The translations under genes and the position numbers were made by a program. From Octopus sinensis (Eukaryota): a stretch of 64,000 bases of DNA. The notes under the pieces were generated by a model, which had not been told where the DNA came from, ran no database searches, and was given only the letters and a program-made list of their open reading frames with translations. The first letter of the stretch is position 1, and every line of letters starts with the position of its first letter. The DNA lies in assembly GCF_006345805.1 (NCBI RefSeq), contig NC_043003.1, positions 56,544,001-56,608,000 on the forward strand. The letters are read 5' to 3'. Below, piece after piece: positions 1 to 13,260 of the stretch.

Positions 1-542
1 ACATTAAGTGTTTCTGAAATTTAAAAATCATTGTTAAGAATTTTACGTGTATGTATTTATTTTGCAAGATTCTTGAGATGAAAAAATGTGCTGAAACAGA
101 TATTATTGTAATTGGGGAGGGTCATATTTTTTTGCCAACTAAACACATGCACTATTTATTTGATCTTCACGTTAGTTTTTATTCGTATTATTTCTAGTTA
201 ATACGTTTTTCATCACACAATCTGTAACTGTATCAATGACTTTCTGTTCCATGTTTTCCCTCTTGTCTTGCTTACTCAACTTTGTTCTTCTGCGCTGACA
301 TCTGTATGTGCGTGACAATGTATTTAATATGTGTGTTCCCTGTGCGTGGTAAAATTTTACTCGAAAATGGACTGTTAGATATCAATACAGCATATACTTA
401 ACCGGCTTGTCCTTGACCATGTATCTCCTAAATAAAAGGACTGGTGTTGAGTCAAAGATCAAAAGAGTGAATTGGCAGTGTTTTATTTTTGTTCCGAAGT
501 CTCTTTTCGTTTATTAACTTCTATGTTTTATTTATTTTTTAT

Positions 543-621
543 AAAACACCGTCGAAGTTTTCTCCATTAATAGATGAAACACCGAAAACACCGTTGAAGT
601 TTTCTCCATTAATAGATGAAA
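543..621 (+). repeat. 37-bp direct duplication (period 42)
   Basis: aaaacaccgt(c/t)gaagttttctccattaatagatgaaa at 543-579 and 585-621, one mismatch. Confidence 0.85.
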
Positions 622-3600
622 TGATGACAAAAGTAGCTATATTTAGACTAATATTGGCTTTACACCACAATAAGACATTTGTAGTTCTCTACTGAGTTGC
701 CACTAAGATAACTATTGCGGTTGTTTCTTCTTATTTCACTGATTCATTTATTACTGATCTCAGCTAACACGGTGCGCTCAGTTGTGAACCATATTATGAT
801 TTGCAGGAATTGGAATTCAGTTGCCCAGAAGGCATTGACTATTGCTTGTGTTAACGCAACCTTGCAATGAGAAAGCGTATTGTTTCACGAATTTACGTAT
901 TTGTACTCATCGACATGGGACCAGTGAATAGAAAAACAAGGAAGGCCTGATCCTAAAAAGCAACGTTGACGAGCGATTTCTTTTAGAATGTACGTGACCG
1001 TAGAAGCTTTACATCTGTGGGCTGTGACTTTGGTGTCTAAGAATCTACCGCTCGTTTCATTTACAATGGGCGTGAGGATGATTCATTCATCGCTGATTCA
1101 TTTATATCACATCACCCCACCTCGTGATAAACGATAATTCGTGTACATCATATGATTTGCTTCCATGAGAACCTAACGTCTGTGAATAAAAGTCATAGAT
1201 GTTGTAGCATTAATTTTGTCGCGTTTTATATGCTCGCTGTTATCAATTTCTCAAGCTGCATTCTATTTCTTGGTAACTGTATTTCACATTAGAACAGACT
1301 ACGTCAATAATCCAAATTTGAGTTCGGTGATAATTCTTTAAAATTAAAATAACAGGGGATTAATTTGAATGAACGTTGTTTGTTTTGTCTGAGCTATTGT
1401 TAAGCCCATAACCGTGCGGTTATGTTTCCAATATTGTGCTTTCCAGCAAATATATTTATATCTTCTATAACAACAATAAAATGCCATTTTTTCCTGCTTT
1501 GTATAGAATTTGTAACAAGCTTTGCGATGACACTACCTCACACCTCAATTTCTCTCACTTCCTCGCTTCTAACACTTGTATATTAATGAGTGAACAAGTT
1601 TCACTGGAATTTAAATTAGATTAACCATCCATAGCTCTTTGTATCTAAGCTCTGAAAGAATTCATTTTGTACAGCTTTATCGTAATACTGCTTAAGCATC
1701 GGTTCGTTTCTTTTGATCTCCTATTCAGTCTCTTTTATAGATACCTCTAGTTTTCTTTTTATGTACCTTTCAGTGTTCCTCTATTCATTCTGATTTCTCC
1801 ATCAACAAATTTTACTTCTTTCCAAACTCAGAGAACAACATCTTTTATTTCTCTTCCATGTAACAATATACACATTTGATATCTCTCTTCTGTGCAATAT
1901 TTATCTATAAATATACTTTCATTGCCATATAAGAAGACACTTGAACATTTATTTGCTTAAACACACATATACATACACATGGATACACGCGCACCCACTC
2001 ATATACGTTTGTATGTATGTATCTTCCATGTTCTTCACACATCTCTGCCTCTGTTGTCCTTGTTATGGATAGCTTTTCCATGGTTTGCAAGTCAGCTGAG
2101 CAGGAAAATCTTCCTCGCATTTCTTTTAATTATTCCATCCAACACCTGTACATCTCGTTTGCTGAATTGAAACACGTGCATCTCATAGCCATTCAACAGA
2201 ACAACTATGTGTTTTATTGTAAAGATAACGCTTTATCAGAAATATTGATACGGCTAAGGAAAGAATATTAATCAATGATTGATAGTATTTTAAGGATTCC
2301 GGATGGTGTGAGAAAATAAGAAATCTAGGAATGCCGTTCCTTCATATCCTGCATGACGGCAGCAACAATGCAAAAATTAGGCAATAATCTCTGAAACATA
2401 GATTAGCGATTCACTAAATAAATGCACCAGAATGTATACTGTGTAGCTCAGTGACTAGAAGTTCTTCTGCGAACAAATGAGAACAATATTAGATACGGAA
2501 CACCTTTAATGTATCCTGCGTTAAATATATTAAGGCTAATTTAAAACATTTGTTCTTCTATAGGATTGGGCTCTGAGTCATAGAGTTCTTAGTTTTGAAG
2601 TTTCAATAGATTTCCATTTGAAGTGACCCTGTAAAACTACTGCAATTATTTAAAATTTGATTTCGTTTGCAAAAATCGTGATGATTTGTACTTTGTCTAT
2701 CGCATTATTTTACCTACAGCCAAGGATTGATGGCCTTCATTCTTACCATATAATCAGCGAAATATAAAATTTGTTAGTACATTATTTAGAATGCGTTGTT
2801 GAATATCTTCCGAAACTACAAGTTCTAATTTAATTTCAAATCTGGTCAAGTTCAACTTTGCCTTTTATTGTTTCGGCGACGATAAATAAGGTAGCAATCG
2901 AAGGTTGCGTCAGACACGAGACCTTTTTGTATCTGTTCCAGTTCCATCCCGTTTGAACTCAAATTCAATTTCTTGTTACTTAAAAAGTTTGGCACCGACG
3001 GAGTTGCGATTGACAGACAGTAACAGGGATCGAAAATCTGATGGAAATATAATTTCCTTCCTTTGATCACAACATTATTTGCCACATGTAACCGTCTAGC
3101 ATATTTCCATACCGCCTGCTTTCAACGTTCAGAGCATGTCTTTGAGAGGTAATCTCTAAACAATATGTTTGACAACGTAGCATACCACCAGCGCCAGCAA
3201 CTATGTGATTCTTTAATTTCTTAGATGTAACAGCTAAATATCCAATTCTCCATCAAATCGCAACCTACATAATCATATTCAAGGGAAGACAAGCCAGAGA
3301 AGGTTTTCTTAACGCTGTCAATTAACCTACAAAATAAAGCATATAAATGTCGTTTCTGTCAAGCTGACATAAGTGTTTCATTTAGAGAAAGAATACTATG
3401 GCACACATTAACTTAAGACAAATTAAATATTCGGTTCTAACTACAATATTGTTTCTAAAAACAAAGTAAAAACGAATGATTGCTACTTCAATAGTTTTGA
3501 TAATAATTCTTTTCAAACTACCAAAATAGATTTGAGATCAATAACAACAGCAACAACGACGATGACAACAGCAATGATGACAATGACAAACTCAGCTACT

Positions 3601-3865
3601 GCAACAGAAACAGGAGCAACAAGGAAACAATTAACAATAAAACCTATGTAAGTTGGCGTCTTTGGAATCAGGCTTCACAGCATACACCGACTGCGATAAA
3701 AATGACCCAGAAACAACAGGGCTAAGCATTTTAGAGTATTTATGTAATTCTATGTCTCTACATGCACATGCACTGTTTATAACGTCTAACTGCAGGCCTC
3801 TGTAGCTTTGATTCCTATCGAGCTAGATTTCACAATCTCGATCACGCACACAGATATAACGATAT

Positions 3866-4355
3866 ATAAACCTCACTGACGAAATTGCAAAGAGAATTTA
3901 GAAGTCACGAATATATGAGACTAAATTACAATTTTGAATACGGTCTCAGTTATGTTTGTCTGTTTCGTTATATGATAACTTGGAGATATTGGAGGCATTC
4001 CTTTGCTATGTAGTTGGTCAGGCCATGTGTTGCGGAAGTTAAGGACCGAAACACTTGCTTGATGTTGGTACCTACGCTGAAGACCTGCTCTGCAGATCTC
4101 TTGAGAGCTTCTTACCACAATCTGTCTCACGCATGCTGACATACCGATATTTCTTTATTCTTTTATTTGTTTCAGCTATTTGATTGCGGCCATGCTGGAT
4201 CACCGTTCTGAGGGAGTTTTAGTCGAAGAAATCAACACCAAGTCTTAATTTTTGTAAGCTTAGTACATACTCTATGGGTCTCTTTTGCCGTACCACTAAG
4301 TTGCAGGAAGGTAAACACACCAGCATTGTTGTCAAGCGATGGTGGCGTGGAGAGT

Positions 4356-4408
<53 letters not shown>

Positions 4409-4735
4409 GCGACGGGCTTCTTTCAGTTTCCATTTACCAAATCCACTCACAAGGTTTTGGCCGGCCTGAGGTTAGAGCAGAAGACAGCTTGCTGAAGGCA
4501 CCGCGCTGTTATACTGAACACGGGACCATGTGTTTCGGAACCAAACTTCTTACCACAAAGCCACGCTTGCGCCTACATATAAACCTTACTCACGAAACTG
4601 CAAACAGAATTTAGAAACCACGACTATCTTAGGAAAAATAACAATTTTGAATTTGATAACAGTTATATATTCGTGTTTTTGTCTATCTACTAACATACAG
4701 GTAGTATAGGAGCTCTCTAATGATCAAGTTGGTCA
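3866..4735 (+). repeat. Pair of diverged ~155-bp direct repeats (3866-4020, 4579-4735) flanking a SINE
   Basis: ataaacctcactgacgaaattgcaaagagaatttagaagtcacgaatat vs ataaaccttactcacgaaactgcaaacagaatttagaaaccacgactat; both continue to acaattttgaat and agttggtca. Confidence 0.6.
4154..4574 (-). mobile_element. tRNA-derived SINE, family A
   Basis: Minus-strand head ggcgcaagcgtggctttgtggtaagaag; body ccttgtgagtggatttggtaaatggaaactgaaagaagcccgtcg; internal (TA)n(TG)n; tail ccagcatggccgcaatcaaatagctgaaaca; matches other copies in the window. Confidence 0.85.
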
Positions 4736-5425
4736 TGTAGATTGAACAGAAGATAAAATAGTTCCAAAAAGTCTACTATATGGAGAAATATGTTCTGTGA
4801 AAATCCGCTGCTACAAATCAAACTTATGTCTGAAAAAGACTGCCATAAATCTCATCTAAAAACAAAGTAATATTCAAGTGGAAATTTGGAAATAACAGCG
4901 ATTGATAGGTCATCATGGTGGCGAAATTATTGTCATAAATCCATATATTTTGTGAATAGAATCGCATTAAACACGCTAAATCGAAACGAGACACAAAGAA
5001 TAATGGTAAATATAAATAATACTTTCAAATCTTCCGAGTTTGCCTTTCTGTGCCTAATCTTTTGAGACTTTCATACATGGACAAAAGCAAAAGTAAGCTT
5101 AATAATAAATGTTAGCCAGCCGAAAAGTAAAAAAGAACAACAAAAACACATCTACCAATCATGGAAAAAATAGTTGTCTTTCAATTAATATTCTCAAGCC
5201 AAATCTATTTGTATACAATATCAAGTGATACGATGCCGCATTGCAAATATTTGAGAAGAGATATCCAAGTTGTAGCTGCGGAAAAAGTTTGAGATCACCG
5301 ACTGGACTGAATAGTCATCTTCCATCTGCAGTTTGTTAACAAGTAATGGGTAGAAATATTATTCATCATTCACTGGTCCGTTGGAGACCCGAAACTAAGT
5401 GCACTACTGTGTTATATACTTAAGT

Positions 5426-5517
5426 ACGTATGTACGCATGTATGTATGTATGTATGTATGTATGTATGTATGTATGTATGTATGCATGTATGTGTGTGTG
5501 TGTATGTATGTATGTAT
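5426..5517. repeat. (TATG)n/(TG)n microsatellite
   Basis: Direct reading. Confidence 0.95.
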
Positions 5518-5528
5518 AAAAATGTTCG

Positions 5529-5758
5529 AGCCATGTCAGGCTCATAAGGGCTGGTTTCACGGTTTCAGTGGCGTAGAAATTCCACACCCGGATGGGAAAC
5601 CAATCCCTCACAGATTTATCATTTTTGCCAGCTGAGTGGAATGGAGCAACGTGAAATGAAGTGTTTTGCTCAAGAACACAACGCATCGCCCGGTCCAGTA
5701 ATCGAAACCACAACCTTACGATCATGAGTTCAACACCATATCAACTAAGCCATGGGTG
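5529..5758 (-). mobile_element. tRNA-derived SINE, family D (central block shared with family C, different 3' part)
   Basis: Minus strand: tRNA-like head then gcgttgtgttcttgagcaaaacacttcatttcacgttgctccattccactcagctggcaaaaatga, homologous to 36205-36260. Confidence 0.75.
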
Positions 5759-5826
5759 TCCACATGTATCTATAAATGTATGTTAAAATATGAGGCATAA
5801 GCACTCAACTATGAGTACACATATAG

Positions 5827-6024
5827 GTGTGTATGTATGTATGTATGTATGTATGTATGTATGTAGGTAGGTAGGTAGGTAGGTAGGTAGGTAAGTAGGT
5901 AGGTAGGAAGGTAGGGAAGTAGGTAGGTAAGAAGGTAGGTAGGTAGGTAGGTAGGTAGGTAGGTAGGTAGGTAGGTTGGTAGGTAGGTAGGTAGGTAGGT
6001 AGGTAGATAGGTAGGTAGGTAGGT
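5827..6024. repeat. (TATG)n-(TAGG)n compound microsatellite
   Basis: Direct reading. Confidence 0.95.
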
Positions 6025-8004
6025 TTGTATCCAGGCATGTTTGTGTATATGTATATATGAGTGTATGTATGTATATACAGGTCCTGGACACTCGCCTATT
6101 CCTTGCTTTTCTAAAACTGTAACTTTGTTCCAGTATGAAAATTAACAGCTGCCTCAGTGCCATACTTCCACGATTTCCTGAACTAATTAAACTTTCCCCT
6201 CATTTGCTATTTTTCTTTGAAAATACCATTCTTTATAATATAGTTCTGATAATACAGAAACCTGTTTCTTCCCTTTGTACCAAGTATGCAACTGCTATGT
6301 AAATTACTGGTGTTAAGCTCATTGCTTTTAATAAACTTATAATTAATCAAATTTGGAAGACAGCGTTGCAACAATCCCATCTATTCCTACTATTATGGCA
6401 ATCAATATGTGATGCATGTTAAATTGTGTTCATCACATGTTTGTACAGTAATACGAATGTTTCTAGGTTTACGCACAGGGGGCAAGACTTTCCTGGGCTG
6501 AATCTGAGGTTAATCGATATTGTCGACCGCGGTACTTCCTTCATACTTAATTTGGTCGATCCTTGGATTACGGAGTGCAGATTTGGCCTTCGTGAGGTTT
6601 GAACAACGAGCGAGCGTGAAAGAGTCGGAATAAATGCTTCAAGACATTTTCCAACTGCTTTAACGAATAATGCAGTTTGCCACATTTATAATAATGATAA
6701 CAACAACAACAACAATAAGAGCTACAACAGCGACAATAGCAACGACAGGCCTATCATCATCACCAATAACAAAAACCTTGATTATTATTATTATTATGAT
6801 TATTATTTTTTTTATTATTATTATTATTACGATAATGATGATGATGAGGAGGAGGAGGTGGATTTTTCATCTTTAGAAGAAGAAGAAGAAGAAGAAGAGA
6901 AGAAGAAGAAGAAGAAAACAACTAACAAATGGAATGATCCTAAAAGCTTATTTTATATCGTATTAAGATGTCTGAGGGAGAGCTATAAATTATTTCGTTT
7001 CGCTGCACTGTAAATAATATTCTAGCAGACTGGTTTTCGTAATCTGTTTCCAATCTCGCTCATTATTATATACAATATATTAGTGAACAATAGCTTCATT
7101 AGTTATTTATTTGTCAAAGAGAAGTCTAATGGTCTAGTTTATAATTGGAGGGCAACACAAAGCTGCGTAGATATGGTACACTAAAACCAATCGAAGGATG
7201 TGTAGTTTAGCTCATATAATCTGCACTGGCAGTCTCCACGGCCTACACACATGTTTGTCATAATGATAATGTTCACCACTATAATAATAAGATGATTGTA
7301 CGAGCTAACGAGCACTCTTGTATGTGCTCGTCTTATGCGCTAGAAATGATAACTAGATATTTTCAATTCACGTGCAATCCTTCAGATCACATACAAAATA
7401 AGAATACTGTGGAATTGTTTGTTTGCTCTTGATGTAAAAGAAAGACACAAAGATACTGCAACGTCGTTTGTCTTCTGATTTAGAAAGCTGAGGTGGGGAT
7501 TAACAAGAAAAGTATGCGCGTAAGTATGATCATTAATATTTAAATGATATGTTTTCAAAGAATAGTTGAATAATACGTAAAAAGACATTAGGAAAATACG
7601 CAAGATGATGGTAATAAATGAAAACAAAGTGAAAACAGTGTATTCTTTCGCATATGCTATTTAATATCTGTATAACTTTTCGGTAAAGACTCCCCTTTTC
7701 AAAGTGTTCGGAGAAAACGTTATTCTATTCTGTTTCATTTTAGATTGACAATCACAGTTTAAATATTTATGCTTGAAAAGAAGTACAAATCATTTTGCAG
7801 TGAAGAAAAGAAGTCTAGCGATTTTGAAATTTTCAACTTCTATAAATTAAATGGCATTCGTATGATACGGTTTCGTAATTACGCAGTGTTTTGTTGAATA
7901 TGCCGTTATACGACTATGAATAAGCAAAAATAATGAATAATTGTGAATAAAGAAATAAAAGTAAAAAAATATTAAAAGTATGAACGATTAAACTATCCTT
8001 CGCA

Positions 8005-8720
8005 GGTATAACAGCGGAAAATTCCTCAGACGAGCTGCTTCTATCGCGATTTTGCGGAGGAAATCAGCAGTGCGGTGTTTAAAAAACAACTGAGGTTCGA
8101 CGGCGATCGGAAAACAACGCGTGGCGGCCGGTCAGGCTCCGACCTTCTTTAACTTCTTCTCCTCTGCATTGAAAGCGGCGATATATGTCTGTGCTATAGT
8201 TGCTGCCTGTTTTCAGACAGAGAATATGTCGCAGGACGTCGCGACCCAGATTAGAGATTTTTTCCCTCTTTTGGGAAGTGGGTTAATTCGTCGGGGCGCT
8301 TACCGCCTCCGTGGTCAATGTCAAGACATACTGGCTTTAGCTGTTACAGCAAGACAGCCTTCTGATGATGTCATGCAGGGTGGCATGACGAAGGAATCTG
8401 CCGACCGAATAGCAACAAGGTAAAGGATGCAGGACGAATTTGTCGACTGCAGCTCTACAACGAAGGCGTTGTGTTACTTTAATAAGAGTACACTCATCAT
8501 ATGGAAGGGCACCGGGTAATGATGAGGGTACTGAATTGACCCATGCGCTGCTGTTTGATCACCAATCGGAACGAAAACGTAGGAGACGGTGCTGTTCTAC
8601 GTACGCCTCAATCTGCCTGAAGGTAGAATTGCATTTCATGTCTTCTCAATATCGATGTGCATCTGTCATCTGGAGGAGCACCAAAACTTTCAACTGACCA
8701 ATTTGTCAGGTCTCACTCCA
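8005..8720 (-). mobile_element. Degenerate CRE-type non-LTR retrotransposon fragment (C-terminal Cys/His knuckle + REL endonuclease)
   Basis: Minus-strand translation across frameshifts and stops: QHRLLRF..SSAWVNSVPSS..QRLRCRAAVDKFVLHPLPCCYSVGRFLRHATLHDIIRR..GGKRPDELT..KSLIWVATSCD..AEEKKLKK..FPIAVE..TADFLRKI; the GKRPDxxT / IWxxTxxD / AExxK pattern is typical of CRE-clade REL domains. Confidence 0.8.
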
Positions 8721-9659
8721 GTTTTTGAGCAACATCTAATTCACACGTGACAACAATCACCAGATTTACTTCCAAATCTCCGTGAAACGATGAAAGTTTA
8801 TTTAATCTTGCTTTTGGCGAGAGCCCAGTTACATATGCGATCTGACAACGATATAGTGCACGCTGTGCGTAACCGCCGCATCAAAAAAAAAGGAATGAAA
8901 AGAAAAAAGACAATGTGTGTATAAAAAGGTTTGTAAGTAACTATGGAGTTTATTAATTACCAATTATCCTGCATTTTTTAAATTAGAGTGTCATTTGTTA
9001 GTAGCACCCATCAAGCTATCTTGCTATTGAAATACACGAGTAACAACAGAGACTCTGTAGAACTCAGGTTCACAAAGAAAAGAAACTATTGGGTTATCTC
9101 ATAAATAATGAAGAAGACACACAGCACTATACAGTAAAACCGCAATGTCATTCATTCGAAGGACAAACCTGCGCTAGTGACCGGAGAACTGCATGTGATC
9201 CCGCTTACAATTTAGCTTTCGTACTCTCATGAACAATGCTTCTTGGAAGAGTGCGATACCCGGACCACTGCAGTGACTGATCTACTGGCTTGGCCTTCCA
9301 ACAGTAACAGACAAATCGACCTCAAATAAGACCCCGCTGTCTTATTAAATAAAGGCAGACATATTGAAAAATTTAGTCTTTGCATTAAATACTAAGTAGA
9401 TATGGATAGAATTACGTTGATGATAGACTGCTCAATCAATGGCGAACTGGGATTTAATACAAACATCAACATAAGTGAAAATCAAGAAAATATCAGCAAA
9501 GCTGCGTGGTAGTGGTGTCAGACGTGGTACACAGACGATCATATAACTTGTTTGACCGTGCGTTTTTGTTATTCGGATCCGTTTTACAAATTAATGTGCA
9601 CATACGCATTGCGTGTTTATATATCTTTTTCCGGTTACAGATCGCAACCATCTCACGAA

Positions 9660-9931
9660 GCTGCGTTCGTGTGGAGCGTTTCCCGCGCCGATGGTTGTGA
9701 AATAAGTAGCCAATACAGGGATCGTTACTAGCCGTATTCAGCTTATGCCAATGGCCGTCGAGACCTCAGGTACTCTCAGACACCCGCACTACTGATTTCC
9801 TCCACAAAATCGGGATAATGGCGGCTCGCCTGCGAAATAAGCTCCGTGAGTCGGAGAGGCTGCTGCAGCTAGTGTCACTAGCCATTCTCCGTGGTAACAC
9901 CATTGCAGTCATAAGTGTGGGGCGCGGCTGA
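9660..9931 (+). mobile_element. Second fragment (extreme C-terminus) of the same CRE-type family
   Basis: RIQLMPMAVETSG..RTTDFLHKIGIMAARLRNKLRESERLLQLVSLAILRGNTIAVISVGRG*; cgcactactgatttcctccacaaaatcgggata matches the reverse complement of 8042-8074. Confidence 0.75.
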
Positions 9932-11659
9932 GGAAGGCATTTGTTCTGGAGTGAGCAGTCTGTTGTTTCCCTGTCTTCTGCCGTATAATATCGACTTTTT
10001 TTTCTATTTCGCTTTCTGTTTCTTTCTTACCTTGTAATGAAATTGTACTAAAGTTCTTGAAAAGTACATATATGTGTGTGTGTGTTTGTGTGTGTGTGTT
10101 TGTGTGTGTGTGTGTATGTGAGTGTACGTGTGTGTGCGTGTGTGTACGTGCGTGTGTGCATTATTATTTTTATCATTATCATTATTATTATAATAATAAT
10201 TATATATGGAGATGGCCAATTTTTTTTTGCAAGAAACAACAATAGATATTGGAATAAATTTGAAAATTGGATGAATAGTAACAGACAATAGCAGCTTTAC
10301 TAACGTAAATCTCAACATGACTGATTATGATGAGTCAGAAGGTCACGATAACTAAACAGTATTAATGAAAATTATTCACTCTTTATGTAACCATATTCTG
10401 GCATACGTTAGAGAACGTTGATTGTGTAACCAAACTTTAGTGATCCAATCCTATCTCATTCTGTTATATAACCAGGACGAAATACATTTAAAATCTTATT
10501 AACTAAAAAAAAAAGATATTAACGAAGGAAAATGAAATTTTTCTTACTACATGTGGTCAGTATTTGAATTAACTACAGACGATTGAATGTAGTTATGATA
10601 TAAGTCCACCCATATGTATTACGCATTTCAATTACTTTCTTCCGTTTGTTTTTCCTATGAATAATGTGATTTTAAATAGGCACCTTAATTTGCAATGCAT
10701 ATGAAAATCAGCTGTGTTTACTAAATAATCAAATAACTTGCTTTAAAACATATTTTGAAAGAAGGAAAAAAATAACACATGGAAAATGTCATACTGCAAA
10801 TAAAGAATTGGTTTAATCATATAGGACATTCTGATTCTGGCTTCAGTAGTTTTAAAGACAGAAACAGACACTGGAACGTATCATGCAAACGGAAATATAC
10901 AAAAAACGGTGACACTTGATTGGTGTTTTATTTTTTTCTCAATCTAATGGGACAGGTACAATTGGTAGTATATTAATTATGTCATTAGATTCAGTGCATC
11001 GCAATCGAGATTGTCGCTGTTTGGCAATGTGATAATCAGGTGAAAGTGACTAAAAAATAAATAAAGTGACCATTGTAAATATATGTCTGCGCATGTGCTG
11101 TCGATGCTTCCACCACTACTAACAACATCATGGCCAAGCAGAATACAGCGGACTAATTGCGACTAACACAACATTAGGAATATCTACTCTAATATCGACA
11201 TATAATTAGTACCACCATAGAGTACCCTGGGCAGTGGCTCAGGGGCCTCACGGGTCTAGGGGCCCAATTCTGGTCTTTGTATCATGTACCTTACTGTCAA
11301 TAAATAAATACCAAAAATCCCAGTACATTGATTTATCAGCGGTGTGGCTATATTACCATTAAAATGGCCCTGCGTGTATTCATGTGTTTAAGAATATTCC
11401 ACACTCTGACATGCGATGGTTGATTAAAAGTGCTATCTCATTGAAGTAAGTTTTTTCTAACCTCCATCTGTTTCTCCGCCCTTTACTGCCCCGCCTGTTT
11501 TTCTATATCTCTGTATGTCTATATACAGCAATGTATAATCTCAAGTCAGATCTAGTCGAGCATATCTACAATAAATACCCTTCCAGCCGTAAATTCTCGC
11601 CTAAAAGATGAAGTTTGTCAGAGAATGTGTTATTTGTTTTTCATTCCATCCTTTAGTCA

Positions 11660-12700
11660 TATGGGAACTGAAGGAATATGATGGCGGCTATATCTAATTT
11701 TGGAATGAGAAAAAAAAAAACAACAGAAGTGCCTTACTTGTATGATCTGATCTGCAATGATGTAATCATTATGCTACATATCTTCTCACAGGTATCAGTG
11801 CAAGATTAATGACTCTCAGAATAAAGCTTAATGACTCGAAAAGGTATGCAGCATTAATGAGTTTATACCCGGTGACACTTGATGCAGACACAAAATAATT
11901 ATCAAACTTATGCTCATTTTCACTTCGTACTGCCTAAAATACGCAAAAAAGAAATATTCTTGATTGGAGAGCACAAACCAGGGATGACATTGATTTCAGG
12001 TTGTGAAATAGAAAAGAGGACATAGGAAAGGCTGACACATATGATATTTGTCGCCGTAATAATCGTAAGCATATATTTGTAATCAGTATTACACCATCTC
12101 GATAAACAAAGAAATAAACGTACTGATGCAGCCATAGGTCTATGCAAGGGATTCTCAACAGGATCCGTATGAACCCTCAGGAGCCATGTCAGATTTTGGG
12201 GGATCCACGCAATAAAAGAGCAAATTGGGGATCCGCAATAGTACTTTAATGAACTCTGAAAAAATTATGCTTTCGCCGGATGTATTGTTGTGTATTGCAA
12301 GAAACATAAAGGATTCTTTCTCCAACATTTTACACAGTCATTCTGCACAAGTTTAATGAACTCTGAAAAAATTATGCTTTCGCCGGATGTATTGTTGTGT
12401 ATTGCAAGAAACATATAGGATTCTTTCTCCAACATTTTACATAGTCATTCTGCACAAGTTTATGTGTATGTGAAAAACAAAATAGAAATATTGAAAGAGG
12501 TTTCTATAAAAGTAGTTTTTGAGCATTGAATGGCTATGGGGGTCCACTAGCATAAAATAGTGATCATAGGGGTCCATAGATAAAAGAAAAATATTTGAGG
12601 ATCCCTAGTCTACACTATGATTGATTTATATCATCTTAAGCGTCTTCGATCACGACGATATGCTCCTACCACTTTAAGACTGAGGATTTCTGTATGAATC
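11660..12700 (+). mobile_element. Decayed RTE-type LINE APE-endonuclease remnant, interrupted by a MITE
   Basis: ELKEYDGGYI*FWNEK..GISARLMTLRIKLNDSKRYAALMSLYPVTLDAD; after the MITE MID..; resembles RTE GGYTFFW / ISERLMTLR / AYAPT / LIDY motifs. Confidence 0.55.
12146..12607 (+). mobile_element. hAT(Charlie)-like MITE with an internal 107-bp tandem duplication (12245-12351 / 12352-12458)
   Basis: TIRs aagggattctcaa ... ttgaggatcccta; imperfect 8-bp TSD gtctatgc / gtctacac; homologous to 14867-15195. Confidence 0.7.
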
Positions 12701-12868
12701 ATACTCTGTATGAATCATACATCTGTACAAATCATACATAATTTCAAATGCTCATTCAAATCGGTTGTAAATTGTGTCCACGAGAGAAATGATTCATGCT
12801 AAAATCAAAGTTAATCGCACAAACAAAAGTATGTGCGTATATAATATATATTATGCGTTTATATATAT

Positions 12869-13260
12869 TCTTTTATTTGTTTCGGTCAGTTGACTGCGAC
12901 CATGATGGAACAACCCCTTCAGCAGAAGAAACCGACCCCAGGACTTACTCTTTGTAAGTCTTGTATATATTCTATCAGTAACTTTTGGCGAAATAAAAGT
13001 GACGGGTGACGGGTATGTAAACACACCAATATCGGTTGTCAAGCAATATATATAACACTGACACCAAAATAAATAAATACATACATACATATATATATAT
13101 ATATACATATATTCCACGGGGCGTCTCTCTGTTTCCATCTACCAAATCCACTCACAGGGCTTCGGTCGAAGATACTTGCGCAAGATGCCACGAAGTGGAA
13201 CTGAATCCGGAACCATGTGGTTTGGAAGCAAGCTTCTTACCACACAGCTATGCCTGCACC
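12869..13260 (-). mobile_element. SINE family A
   Basis: Same head, body and tail blocks as 4154-4574, with an internal deletion. Confidence 0.8.

Noticed and set aside
2852-3346. Minus-strand acceptor (tttattttgtag) and ORF MANNVVIKGRK...
   Set aside because: The frame after the acceptor stops within 35 codons, the longer ORF has no splice or ATG support, and no family was recognised
6419-6685. 88-aa ATG-initiated ORF on the minus strand
   Set aside because: No recognisable motif; other frames are similarly open; cannot be supported without a search
11792-11843. 52-nt exon-like segment with good AG/GT sites
   Set aside because: The translation continues through both sites as RTE endonuclease sequence, so it is a TE relic
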